NCBI GenBank assembly: GCA_951406725.2
Contig: OX597839.1
Location: 20,336,001 to 20,400,000, forward strand
DNA length: 64,000 bases
From: Octopus vulgaris
Taxonomy: Eukaryota
Direction: 5' to 3'
Part shown: piece after piece, positions 12,357 through 24,662 of the stretch
How the letters are laid out: each line of letters begins with the position of its first letter
Position numbering within the stretch: the first letter of the stretch is position 1
Program-made: the position numbers and the translations under genes
The notes under the pieces: model-generated
The model's database searches: none
What the model saw: only the letters and a program-made list of their open reading frames with translations
Told to the model about the DNA's origin: nothing

Positions 12357-12979
12357 TTTTTTTTTTGCAGTTCTGACTGTTGTAATGCCTCATGTTTGTT
12401 GTAGATGCTGTGTTTGTTGTATTTCCTCATGTTTGTTGGTACAACTCTGTTGTATTCTCTCATCTTTGTTGTGGATGCTACCTTAGTTTTTGCAGTTCTG
12501 TCTGTTGTAATGCCTCATGTCTCTTGTAGATGTTGCGTTTGTTGTATTGTCACATGCTTTTTGCTGTACTGTCTCATGTTTGCTAGAGCTAGTGTATTGT
12601 CGTTATGTTTGTTGTAGTATCGACTCGTGTTTGTCGTAGCATTCTCTCATGTTAGTTCTTGTATCGTCTCATACTAGCTGCCATATTATCTCATATTTGT
12701 TGCTGTTACTGCTGTTATTGTGTTGTTATTGTTATAATTGCTGCCACCGTCTTTGTTTCCACATCTCAAAAGCTCAACAGTTATCTCATCATATGAAATA
12801 TCTACCGACCAATTTGTCGCTACGTTGGAGACGTAATTCTTGTTATTGTTTACCATGGTAAACACCCAGCATAGAACGATCTGTCATAGGAACTTACAAT
12901 TTTCAGAACAAGTCATAAATAAATTACACTTCACACAAACAATTTTCATTTAATTTAATGCCATTATAAACGTTAAAGA

Positions 12980-13200
12980 AGGCGGCGAACTGGGAAAATT
13001 GTTAGCACGCCAGGTAAATTACAAAATCGTGTTTCCTCATCGTCTATACGTTCTGAGTTCAAACCCCATCGAGGTCGATATTTCTCTTGTTTTTTTTTTT
13101 GTTTTTTTTCGGGATCTATAGATTAAATACCAGTTGAGTACTGGGGGATTGATGTAATTGACAAGCCAATCATTTCAAAATTTTGTGCTTTGAGCTGTTA
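12980..13200 (+). mobile_element. Old SINE family A relative
   Basis: ggcggcgaactgg...gttagcacgcc...ttctgagttcaaa...gaggtcga...taccagttgagtactgggg. Confidence 0.7.
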
Positions 13201-13257
13201 TTATAAACAACTTTTATTAATACTATGGCGGTGAGATAGCTGAATCGTTAGCAAGTA

Positions 13258-13434
13258 GCAGGCGTGGCTGTGTGGTAAGTAGCTTGTTTACCAACCACAT
13301 GGTTCCGGGCTCAGTCCCACTGCGTGGCACCTTAGGCAAGTGTCTTCTACTATAGCCTCGGGTCGACCAAAGCCTTGTGAGTGGATTTGGTAGACGGAAA
13401 CTCAAAGCCCGTCGTATATATATGTATATATATG

Positions 13435-13465
<31 letters not shown>

Positions 13466-13665
13466 CTGTTTGTCCCCCCTCCCCAATATCGCTTGACAAC
13501 CGATGCTGGTGTGTTTACGTCCCCCGTAACTTAGCGGTTCGGCAAAAAAGACCGATAGAATAAGTACTACGCTTACATAGTGTAGGTCCTGGGGTCGATT
13601 TGCTCGACTAAAAAGGTAGTGCCCCAGCATGGCCACAGTCAAATGACTGAAACAAGCAAAAGAGT
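13258..13665 (+). mobile_element. SINE family B (subfamily 1)
   Basis: Full match to the family. It follows a short family A head (ggcggtgagatagctgaatcgttagca). Confidence 0.9.
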
Positions 13666-13700
13666 ATGCGCTACATTTGACACAATAATAATACAAAGGG

Positions 13701-13933
13701 TTAATATTTTAGCATTTTAAACTGGCCATATCCGGCACCATTAGTCTGCCTTGTTTTCTGATCAAACTGGCCAGGTCTGGCTTCTCACACCTACCCTACA
13801 ATGTCATTCTAAAATAAGCAATCCCATCATTGAAACCTCAAATCTATGAGCAAACGCTAGATTTATGCAGAACAATGTGAATAAATAAATAGGCATTACG
13901 TTTGACAAAATAACCTGAATGCTAAACGCTGAA
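13701..13933. mobile_element. Degraded MITE, possibly TTAA/piggyBac-like
   Basis: Imperfect inverted ends ttaa-tattttagcatt and aatgctaaacgc-tgaa. Confidence 0.35.
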
Positions 13934-13963
13934 GTCTAAACATGTTTTGGAAAACCGTACATA

Positions 13964-14134
13964 GGCGCAGGAGTGGCTGTGTGGTAAGTAGCTTGCTAAC
14001 CAACCACATGGTTCCGGGTTCAGTCCCACTGCGTGGCATCTTGGGCAAGTGTCTTCTGCTATAGCCCCGGGCCGACCAATGCCTTGTGAGTGGATTTGGT
14101 AGACGGAAACTGAAAGAAGCCTGTCGTATATATG

Positions 14135-14193
<59 letters not shown>

Positions 14194-14234
14194 GCGGTGT
14201 ATGGCCACAGCTCATGAGCTGAAACTAGAATCAA

Positions 14235-14287
<53 letters not shown>

Positions 14288-14537
14288 TTGTGTGTCTGTG
14301 TTTGTTCCCCTAGCATTGCTTGACAACCGATGCTGGTGTGTTTACGTCCGTCCCCGTCACTTAGCGGTTCGGCAAAAGAGAGACCGATAGAATAAGTACT
14401 GGGCTTACAAAAAGAATAAGTCCCGGGGTCGATTTGCTCGACTAAAGGCGGTGCTGCAGCATGGCCGCAGTCAAATGACTGAAACAAGTAAAAGAGAGTA
14501 AAAGAGAGTAAAAGAGTAAAAGAGAGTAAAAGAGAGT
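13964..14537 (+). mobile_element. SINE family B (subfamily 2) with a ~50 bp retroelement 3' end inserted in its (TA)n
   Basis: Full match to the family. Insert atggccacagctcatgagctgaaact lies within 14188-14237. Confidence 0.9.
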
Positions 14538-14834
14538 ATACAGGGTGTCCGCAACCGAATGCGTTTGGGAAATGCCACATTATTCCATCATAATTTCCAC
14601 ACTCGTTTAATTATCCCGTTGTTTAGCCATTCGCTATTCAATATTTGCATGGACGGTTATTCGTGTGCATGTTGTATACTTGTTTGTATTTAGTCCGTGT
14701 GTATGTGTTGTGTATGGATGTGTGATTGCGTATCAGCGTAAACCATTTTGTGTTATATACGATATATATATATGTCTGTGAGTATGTATGTATGTGAACA
14801 ACTGTTTAGCTGTGTGTGTATGCGTGTGTGTGTG

Positions 14835-14909
<75 letters not shown>

Positions 14910-15080
14910 CATTTTCTCGTCCCTTCTTCAGCAGACTTTATCTCTCTATGACATATGTCAGTGCCATCCGTTGACATCTGTCATTGAAACCAGTTGACCC
15001 TACACAACTAACTTTCTCTCTCTCTCTCACACTCTCTCTCACTCTCTCTTTCTCTCTTTCGCAGTCCCTCTCTCTCTCTC

Positions 15081-15180
15081 NNNNNNNNNNNNNNNNNNNN
15101 NNNNNNNNNNNNNNNNNNNNNNNNNNNNNNNNNNNNNNNNNNNNNNNNNNNNNNNNNNNNNNNNNNNNNNNNNNNNNNNN
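15081..15180. other. Assembly gap (100 N)
   Basis: Run of N. Confidence 1.
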
Positions 15181-16158
15181 AAAAAAACGATCAATTGGGA
15201 TCGTGTATCACAGAAATGTCATGATGTAAAGAGGGAAACAGATAAGGTTTATCCGTGAAAAGAAAAGCCTCCGGAAAAGACCACGGTAACCTCGGTCAAT
15301 AATGTCACATGTTAACACATTTATTTGCAAGTAAGTAACTCGGGTTCATAGGATTATGCTCAAGGTGGCTTCGTCATTTATACGTGCCATCCTTGCTACA
15401 TTCACCCATCTTTTTTTGAAACACTCGCTACACAAGCTTCTCTACTTTCACTTTCCTTTTCAAGTGATACTTGAAGAAGTTGATGAGAGATTGACTGAAA
15501 TCACAACACCTCTTATGAACGGAACGCTAGTCTGTTGCAGGGTTCAAAACCAGCAATTTTGAAAAATAAGGGATTTGTAAGGGATTATATCGAGATCCTA
15601 AAACTTGGCTGGTACTTTATTTTATCAAACCCTGAAGATATGGAAAGCAGAGTTGACCTCGGTGGGATTTAAACTCAGAAGGTCAAGGGCCGGCAGAAAT
15701 ACGGCTTTGGATTTTGTCCAACGCGCTTGCGATTCTGCCCGCTCGCAACATAGCAGTAAACCTCGTACCAAAGCACAATGCTGAAACTAGAAAATTGCAG
15801 CGAAGCTGCGTGCGTGGTTTCAGCTGTGGCATGCAGACCATTGCACAATTCATTCGACATGTTCTTTGTATTTTTAGTCTTCTCTTCTGTTTTGCAAATG
15901 CAGTGTGCATATGTGCATTGCATGTTCATACTTCTCTTTCCAGTTCCTACTCAAAACTGTTTACAGATCACAACCGTCTCACGAACCTGCGGCGCGAGGA
16001 GCGCTTGGCGTTCTTCCGTGGTTGTGAAACACACATGTCAATCACACGCTCATCAATAAATTAACACGTGACTGCTGACGTGAAAGCGTGTTGGTAGAAA
16101 ATTTCTTTAGTTGTAATGTCGAGGTAAACTCAACAACTATAAAAAGAGCAATTCTTGA

Positions 16159-16760
16159 GGGCAATAAAGAAATAAGAAACGTTAGCACGCCAGGCGAAAT
16201 GCTTAGCGGTATTTCGTCTGCCGCTACGTTCCGAGTTCAAATTCCGCCGAGGTCGACTTTGCCTTTCATCCTTTCGGGGTCGATTAAATAAGTACCAGTT
16301 ACGAACTGGGGTCGATATAATCGACTTAATCCGTTTGGCTGTCCTTGTTTATCCTCTCCATGTTTAGCCCCTTGTGGGTAGTAAAGAAATAGGTATTTCG
16401 TTTGCCGTTACGTTCCGAGTTCAAATTCCGACGAGGTCGACTTTGCCTTTCATCCTTTCGGGGTCGATTAAATAAGTACCAGTTACGAACTGGGGTCGAT
16501 ATAATCGACTTAATCCGTTTGGCTGTCCTTGTTTATCCTCTCCGTGTTTAGCCCCTTGTGGGTAGTAAAGAAATAGGTATTTCGTCTGCCGCTACGTTCT
16601 GAGTTCAAATTCCGCCGAGGTCGGCTTTGCCTTTCATCCTTTCGGGGTCGATTAAATAAGTAGCAGTAACGCACTGGGGGTCGATATAATCGACTTAATC
16701 CCTTTGTCTGTCCTTGTTTATCCCCTCTGTGTTTAGCCCCTTGTGGGTAGTAAAGAAATA
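16159..16760 (+). mobile_element. SINE family A tandem array (head plus 3 bodies of ~179 bp)
   Basis: Junction taaagaaata|ggtatttcg at about 16391 and 16575. Confidence 0.92.
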
Positions 16761-17020
16761 TACATTAAACGCATTCCTGACAACTGATACATATATATGA
16801 CTTGCTGGTAGGGACACCGTATTTCGTATTGCAGCCATAAGAAACCACCAGGTATGTTAAGGTTAATAAATCGTTATTGTCTCCTACTTTCTGTGTTAGC
16901 AGTGCGATTCAGTAACTCCTGGGTTATGCATATACACCCACGTCATATTTTCCTATCTTCGATCGCATTCTTTACGTAGATGTATACGAAACGGCGTGAC
17001 TTTCAGCGTTGGCTCTAAAT

Positions 17021-17672
17021 CAGCGATTCCCAAAGTGGGCGCTACTACCCTACTCCGTGGGCGTTGTGAGGCAACACTGGGACAATAATGGGGTGACCTA
17101 CTCCGTGGGCGTTGTGAGGCAATACTGGGACAATAATGGGGTGACCTACTCCGTGGGCGTTGTGAGGCAATACTGGGACAATAATGGGGTGACCTACTCC
17201 GTGGGCGTTGTGAGGCAATACTGGGACAATAATGGGGTGACCTACTCCGTGGGCGTTGTGAGGCTATACTGGGACAATAATGGGGTGACCTACTCCGTGG
17301 GCGTTGTGAGGCAATACTGGGACAATAATGGGGTGACCTACTCCGTGGGTGTTGTGAGGCTATACTGGGACAATAATGGGGTGACCTACTCCGTGGGCAT
17401 TGTGAGGCTATACTGGGACAATAATGGGGTGACCTACTCCGTGGGCGTTGTGAGGCAATACTGGGACAATAATGGGGTGACCAAGAGGAGGCGATGGATG
17501 TAAAAACAGAAAAATAATGAGTTTATTAAGTGACGTTTCAATTGTGAAATACATTTGTTATAAATTTGCTGCTCAGAGTAGTCTATGTTTGTGGCGGTGA
17601 GTGGCGGGGAGCACTAGGAATGTGACCAGCGTGCTAAAGGGGCGACAGCTCGAAAACGTTTGGGAACCGTGG
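17021..17672. mobile_element. hAT (Charlie-like) MITE with an internal minisatellite
   Basis: 8-bp TSD ctctaaat at 17013-17020 and 17673-17680. TIRs cagcgattcccaaa and tttgggaaccgtgg. Confidence 0.8.
17049..17480. repeat. 48-bp minisatellite, 9 copies
   Basis: Near-identical units of cctactccgtgggcgttgtgaggcaatactgggacaataatggggtga. Confidence 0.97.
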
Positions 17673-17703
17673 CTCTAAATTCTATAGAATATATGCAGAG
17701 AAA

Positions 17704-18113
17704 GGCGGCGAGCTGGCAGAAACGTTAGTACGCCGGGCGAAATTCTTAGTGGTATTTCGTCTGACGTTACGTTCTGAGTTCAAATTCCGCCGAGGTCGAC
17801 TTTGCCTTTCATCCTTTCGGGGTCGATAAATTAAGTACCAGTTACGCACTGGGGTCGATGTAATCGACTTCATCCCTATGACTATCCTTGTTTGTCCTCT
17901 CTGAGTTTAGCCCCTTGTGGGTAGTAAAGAAATAGGTACTTCGTCTGCCGTTACGTTCTGAGTTCAAATTCCGCCAAAGTCGACTTAGCCTTTCATCCTT
18001 TCGGGGTCGATTAAATAAGTACCAGTTACGCACTGGGGTCGATATAATCGACTTTCCTTTGTCCTTGTTTGAGCCCTCTATGTTTAGCCCCTTGTGGGCA
18101 ATAAAGAAATAAG
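17704..18113 (+). mobile_element. SINE family A, full head plus 2 bodies
   Basis: Head ggcggcgagctggcagaaacgttag (A-box-like) and B-box gagttcaaattcc. Ends gggcaataaagaaataag. Confidence 0.92.
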
Positions 18114-19167
18114 AGTATATGTAGAGAAAATTTAAAAGTACAAAAAAACTTAGACAAAAATACGAAATATCTTTAATAAAAAAAACGTAAAACAAGAGCA
18201 TAGTCATGTTTTTTAATAAAACATTTATAAAATATAAGGCCAACCGGGGTTAAAGACTAACAACTTGTCTCCACTAACCTAACTTAACCAATTTTTCATA
18301 CATGACAGCACTCTATGCAGACGAAAGATATAAGGTATTATTAGAAAAATCTTCGATTTATGATGGCTGTAATCTGCACTACAAACATCACCGCCGCCAC
18401 CACTGCCACGACCAAAGTCGCCGCCATTACGATAACCGTCGCCATTATCATATATCAACGTGTCGAATAAATTTGATCTTTGCATCACAGAATAATTTCC
18501 TTCCGGAAAATTTCTACTCCATGGCCAGCTAAGTCTCGTTTCTTAAAATCATAAATTTAAACTAATCTACTTAAATAATTGCTACTAAATTTGAACTGAA
18601 TACCGTTTTAGATTCGTTTTGTTTTTTTTTAAATATATTTTCTAGTTTCATTTTTTTTTTTTATTTAATAAATAGGGAACCCTCATAGAGGCGTGATGAA
18701 ATCCGCTCGCCACCTTCCCGTCCAGGTCCCTCGTTAAACAGCGCTTGTATACTTCACTTGGTAACCAAACACGCGTAATAATGCACGTACAACTATATGA
18801 TTAAGACAAACTTCATTACATCAAATAAAATTTAAGAAAATTATTTCGTTGTGGATTTTCATTACTAATTTTTTAATATATTTTAATGTAATTTTTAAAT
18901 GGATTTAATTCCCAATGGGAACGAAAATGTCACGTGTCAACAAAAACATCGATAAGATTCTAAATAAGAACGAATTTCTTTTTAATTTTTGTAATTTTTT
19001 AATTATCTTTTAGTCTTTGGCCATGTTAGGGCACTGCTTTGAAGGTCTTTCGTCGAACAAATCGAGGCTAGTACATATTTTTATCGGGATTTTGTTGTCG
19101 AACTGCTTAGTTAAAACAGGCGAACTATATACACATACATACACAAATATATATAAATACATGATAG

Positions 19168-19347
19168 ATCGTTAGCCACTACGCACATTTTTTTCTCTCC
19201 TTGTTTTTTTCTGTGTCCCTTTCTGTAGAAGAGCGTAGGCTCGAAACGTAAAAGACTTTTTCTATTCCTGAGCGTTATACTAATACGTCTGTTTGTTTTG
19301 TACACCACCTGTCTTTGTCTTTTGTTGTTTTTTTCGTAAACTCTCCC
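19168..19347 (+). mobile_element. ~180 bp non-coding repeat with hammerhead-like motif (copy 1)
   Basis: Homologous to 50066-50250 and flanked by TA-rich microsatellite. Confidence 0.8.
19219..19254 (+). ncRNA. Minimal type I hammerhead ribozyme, variant core (CUGUAGA)
   Basis: cttt-CTGTAGA-a-gagc(gtag)gctc-GAAA-CG-TA-aaag: stem I, a perfect stem II and a GUA cleavage triplet. Confidence 0.6.
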
Positions 19348-19443
<96 letters not shown>

Positions 19444-19604
19444 CGTGTATCAGTTCCATTGTAGTTTGACTTACAAAGCCCGTACACAGGCATCGGCTAG
19501 CAAATATCATTATATAATTTAAATAGCCCGCTTTACTGATGATATATCCGAAAATCTGTAAATATACGTAGAGTTTAAAGATATATTGGAGCATCGGCTC
19601 CAAT

Positions 19605-19800
19605 ATTCAACTGGTACTTATTTTATCGACATTGAAAGGATAAAAGGTAAAATCGGCCTCGGCGGAATTTGAACATAGAACTTAAGGACGGACGAAAGGT
19701 CGCCAAGCATTTTACCCGGCGTGCTAACGATTCTGCCTGCTCACCACCTAAATAATCCTTTCCACTAAAGGCACAAGGCCTGAAATTTTGGAGGAGGGGT
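19605..19800 (-). mobile_element. Old SINE family A relatives
   Basis: ctggtacttattttatcgac...ggcggaatttgaac...ccggcgtgctaacgattctgcc. Confidence 0.7.
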
Positions 19801-19802
19801 AA

Positions 19803-19844
19803 GGGTTGTCAAGCGATGTTGGGGGTACAAACACAGACACACAA

Positions 19845-19937
<93 letters not shown>

Positions 19938-20107
19938 TATATACGACGGGGTTCTTTCAGTTTCCGTCTACCAAATCCACTCACAAGGCTTTGGTCGGCC
20001 CGAGGCTATATTAGAAGACACTTGCTCAAGGTGCCACACAGTGGGACTGAACCCGGAACCATGTGGCTGGTAAGCAAGCTACTTACCACACAGCCACTCC
20101 TACGCCT
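19803..20107 (-). mobile_element. SINE family B, 5' half
   Basis: Reverse complement of the head, CORE-like segment and microsatellite. Confidence 0.9.
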
Positions 20108-20532
20108 ATATGTACATATTCCCTGAATGTGTGTGTGTGTGTGATAGAGAAACGCAGAGTGATAGAGCAAAAGAAGTCGGAATAGATAGAGACGACTTCA
20201 AGAACAAGAACAAGGCTATTATTGAAGCTGACAGGGAGGTATTGAATGGGGAGAGCGAAGAAGCGTATAGTAAGAGAATAAAGAGGAGTCGACATAAAAC
20301 GAAGAACAACATTAAGACGCTACACTCTGTGCGCAAGCGCGCGTGTATACGTGTGTGTGTGTGTGTAAGAAAAATAAGCAAACGACACAATGTTTACGAA
20401 ATTATTTCATCACGTGTTCCTTCTGGCGGAAATGACGTTTATTATTTACCCACAATGCGTCCATCCATTGACTTCCTGTTTCGAACAGTTACTGGCTTAT
20501 CACAATGCATACATGAACGCATAGATATTTAA

Positions 20533-20551
20533 GTGTATGCATGCATGAATG

Positions 20552-20608
<57 letters not shown>

Positions 20609-20631
20609 ATATATATATACATGTATATATA

Positions 20632-20672
<41 letters not shown>

Positions 20673-20730
20673 ATATATATATTTATGCATGTATATATGT
20701 CTCTCTATATACGTATATATGTATATACAT

Positions 20731-20822
<92 letters not shown>

Positions 20823-21050
20823 ATATATACATATATATATATACACACACACATATATATATATATATATACACATATATATATATACATATATATATAT
20901 TCATATATACATATATATACATATATATAGATACACATATATATCTATATATATACATATATATATTCATATATATATACATATATATATATATATACAC
21001 ATATATATACATATACATACACACACACACGCACCCACACCCACACCCAT
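20533..21050. repeat. (TA)n-rich microsatellite
   Basis: Direct inspection. Confidence 0.95.
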
Positions 21051-21091
21051 ATCCACAAGGGCTGGGTTTACACTCCTGCTATTTAATTGTG

Positions 21092-21947
21092 TATTCTTGT
21101 GTGGATGAATAAGTTTCAATGCATATTTGACGCCTTCCCTTCAGCTCTTTTGCTACATAAATAAACAAGAAAGAAATACTATGAATCTTTTCGGTGGTAT
21201 TGGTTGTGGTGGCGGCGGCGGTGGTTGCGGTTGTGGTGATGGTGCCGGCGGCGGTGATGGTGGTTCTGGTGGTTATGGTGGTAGTGGTGGTGGTAGTGGT
21301 GGTGGTGGTCGTCGTCGTCGTCGTGATCGTCATGGTGGGGGCGATGATGGTAGTTGTGGTAGTGGTGGTGATGGTAGTGGTGGTGATGGTAGTGGTGGTG
21401 GTGGTAGTGGTGGTGGTCGTCGTCGTCGTCGTCATCGTCATGGTGAGGGCGATGATGGTAGTGGTGGTAGTGGTGGTGATGGTAGTGGTGGTGGTGGTGG
21501 TGGTGGTGGTAGTGTTGATGGCCGTGGTTGTGGAGCTGTTGGAGAGGGTGGCTGTGGTGGTGGCTGTGGTGGTGGTGGTGGTGGTGGTGGTGGTGGTGGT
21601 GGTGCTAGTGGAGTTGCCGGTGGAAGATGACGGGTGCTGTAGGGTGGCGGGTGGTAGGGTTCAGTAGGCGATGATAGTGTTCGTGGTTGTAAGGTTTGTG
21701 CAAATGGATGGTGGTGGTGGGGAAGACTGCGAAGAAAGAAGGAAAGACTAAGATGCAGAGAGAAAGAGAGAGAGAGAAAGAGGGAGAGAGACTGAATGAG
21801 AGAAAGAGAGATGAGTAAAAGAAAAACGTGGAGTAACAAAAGACCCATATAGCGAGAGATAGTTGTATACACACACACATACACAACAGATAGATAAATA
21901 GATAGAAATATATATACATACATACATACATATATATAAATACATAG

Positions 21948-22033
<86 letters not shown>

Positions 22034-22654
22034 TTGTGTGGATGAATAAGTTTCAATGCATATTTGACGCCTTCCCTTCAGCTCTTTTGCTACATAAATA
22101 AACAAGAAAGAAATACTATGAATCTTTTCGGTGGTATTGGTTGTGGTGGCGGTGGTGGTTGCGGTTGTGGTGATGGTGCCGGCGGCGGTGATGGTGGTTC
22201 TGGTGGTTATGGTGGTAGTCGTGGTGGTAGTCGTGGTGGTGGTGGTGGTCGTCGTCGTCGTCGTGATCGTCATGGTGGGGGCGATGATGGTAGTTGTGGT
22301 AGTGGTGGTGATGGTAGTGGTGGTGGTGGTAGTGGGGGTGATGGTAGTGTTGGTGATGGTAGTAGTGGTGGTGGTAGTGGTGGTGGTGGTAGTGGGGGTG
22401 ATGGTAGTGTTGGTGATGGTGGTGGTGGTGGTAGTGGTGGTGGTGGTGGTAGTGTTGATGGCCGTGGTTGTGGAGCTGTTGGAGAGGGTGGCTGTGGTGG
22501 TGGCTGTGGTGGTGGTGGTGGTGGTGGTGGTGGTGGTGGTGCTAGTGGAGTTGCCGGTGGAAGATGACGGGTGCTGTACCGGTGGCGGGTGGTAGGGTTC
22601 AGTAGGCGATGATAGCAGAGTGTTCGTGGTTGTAGGTTTGTGCAAATGGATGGT
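21092..22654. repeat. ~620 bp direct duplication (21092-21712 and 22029-22654) containing (GGT)n tracts
   Basis: The unique leader tattcttgtgtggatgaataagtttcaatgc...ggtattgg is identical in both copies, and both end gcaaatggatggt. Confidence 0.92.
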
Positions 22655-23105
22655 ATGGTCGTAACTGCTGCTGAAAAAACTTGCTCAAATATTTGTAATT
22701 GAGTAACACGCCTAAGGTTCGGTCTCCTATAGACCCATTCTAGCTTCGTGGATATGCTGCACCTTCGAAAGCCAGGCCCAACCATCGGCTCTTGCACCTT
22801 CGAATTCAGCGCGCGCGAGGTACGATCGCACGCGAATACACACGCGCACATACGCATGTACACACACACATGCACACTCACACACACACACACGCGCATG
22901 CTCTCTCTCACTCTGTCTCTCTTTCTAACTCTATCTCTAACAATCTATATGTGTGTGAGTGTATCTGTGTAAAAGTATGTATATATATATATATATATAT
23001 ATATACGCGTGTGCGTGTGTGTGTGTGTGTGTGAGTGTATCTATATAAAACATGTGTGTGTGTACTCCAGACAGGGTACCTCTTTTGTTGAATTTGGATC
23101 AGTAC

Positions 23106-23142
<37 letters not shown>

Positions 23143-23146
23143 TATA

Positions 23147-24413
23147 CAAGGGTTGGACAAAATAATGGAAACGCCTTAAAATTTCAAACAAATTTATTTT
23201 AATATGGGGTAGGACCACCTTTGGCAGTAATTACAGCTTGAATTCTAGAGGTATGGACTCGTACAAAGTTTGAATTGTTTCCAAAGGAATTTTTGTCCAT
23301 TCTTCAGCTAAAACAGTCTCCAGTTCTTGTAGTGATGATGGTGGAGGATATCGACTCCTTACTTGTTTTTCTAAAATGCACCATAAATGTTCAATAATAT
23401 TGAGATCTGGGGACTGTGGTGGCCAGATAAGATGTTCAACTTCACTAGAATGTTCCTCGTGCCATTCAGTAACAACTTTAGCTGTGTGAATTGGTGCATT
23501 ATCATCCTGAAAGATTGCATTTCTCTCCGGAAACAGTTCCGCAACCATAGGATGAATTTGATCAGATAAAATGCTTAAATAGACTTGACTATTAATTCTG
23601 CCATGAAGGAAAATCATTGGGCCGGCGGATTTCCAAGATACATCGCCTCAGATCATCACAGATCCTCCTCTATGTTTAACAGTTGGTAGAAGGCAGTCTG
23701 GGTCAAAGGCTTCTTTTGGCTGTCTCCACACGTATACTCGGCCGGTGGTCGGAAATAAGGTAAAGGATGACTCGTCCGAGAAAATAACATTCTTCCACTG
23801 CTCTAGGGACCAATTCTGTAGGTTTTTACTCCACTCTAAACGCTTTGCAACGTTTGTTTTTGAAAGTAGTGGTTTTCTGATTGCAGCCCTCCCATGAAAT
23901 CCGGCTTTGTGCAGCTCCCGGCGAACAGTTTTTATGGAAACTGGGTTCTCGAGGTGGTCATTAAGCTCTGCTGTAATTTTGGGAGCTGTACTTTTGTGAT
24001 CCTTTTTAACAATTCGCGTAAGAGCTCGACGGTCCCTATCTGAATGCTTTGGTTTTCTTCCGGAGTTTTGTTTCGACGAAGAGGTTTTTCCCTCTTTTAC
24101 AAAGGTTGTCATTACTTTCGAGTCAGTACTTCTTGATACACCAAACATTTTAGCTGTTTTCGATACGCTAGCGTCTGCCATACAAGCACCATCAATTTCG
24201 ACCTCTTCGAAAAATAGATCTGTCATTTAAATGATCTGTCATTTAAATGAATTTTAATTAGCTTTTTCTGATATCTGAAAAGAAACAGCAATTTTAGCAA
24301 AACATATTAAGCAACACCAATGATAAATCAAAAAACAAGCTTTTTGGTTTTATAGATATTTCAAAATTATGATGCTATGATGCTAGGTGTTTACATTATT
24401 TTGTCAACACGTG
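23147..24413 (-). mobile_element. Tc1-like DNA transposon, DD36E (Incomer-type), ~1.27 kb
   Basis: TIRs TA|caagggttggacaaaataatggaaacgcct and aggtgtttacattattttgtcaacacgtg enclose a transposase. Confidence 0.92.
23199..24226 (-). pseudogene. Tc1-family transposase pseudogene
   Basis: Motifs GRKPK, WKNVIFSDES, FQDDNAPIH and WPPQSPDLNIIEHLW. An in-frame TGA lies at 23648-23650, and a frameshift precedes the C-terminal RIQAVITAKGGPTPY*. Confidence 0.93.
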
Positions 24414-24420
24414 AATATAT

Positions 24421-24527
<107 letters not shown>

Positions 24528-24574
24528 GTAGTATTTCTAACTCGATAATATATATTTGATTTATACTAACTCGA

Positions 24575-24662
<88 letters not shown>

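Noticed and set aside
14538-14580. Tc1-like TIR start (tacagggtgtccg)
   Set aside because: No matching second TIR or transposase was found.
17049-17480. CRISPR-like array or repeat-protein gene (ORF 17009-17503)
   Set aside because: The units are contiguous with no unique spacers and no cas genes, and they lie inside a TIR/TSD-bounded MITE.
21127-22645. Gly-rich, Thr-rich or Pro-rich structural-protein ORFs
   Set aside because: All frames on both strands are open because of (GGT)n. There is no signal peptide, splice support or domain.
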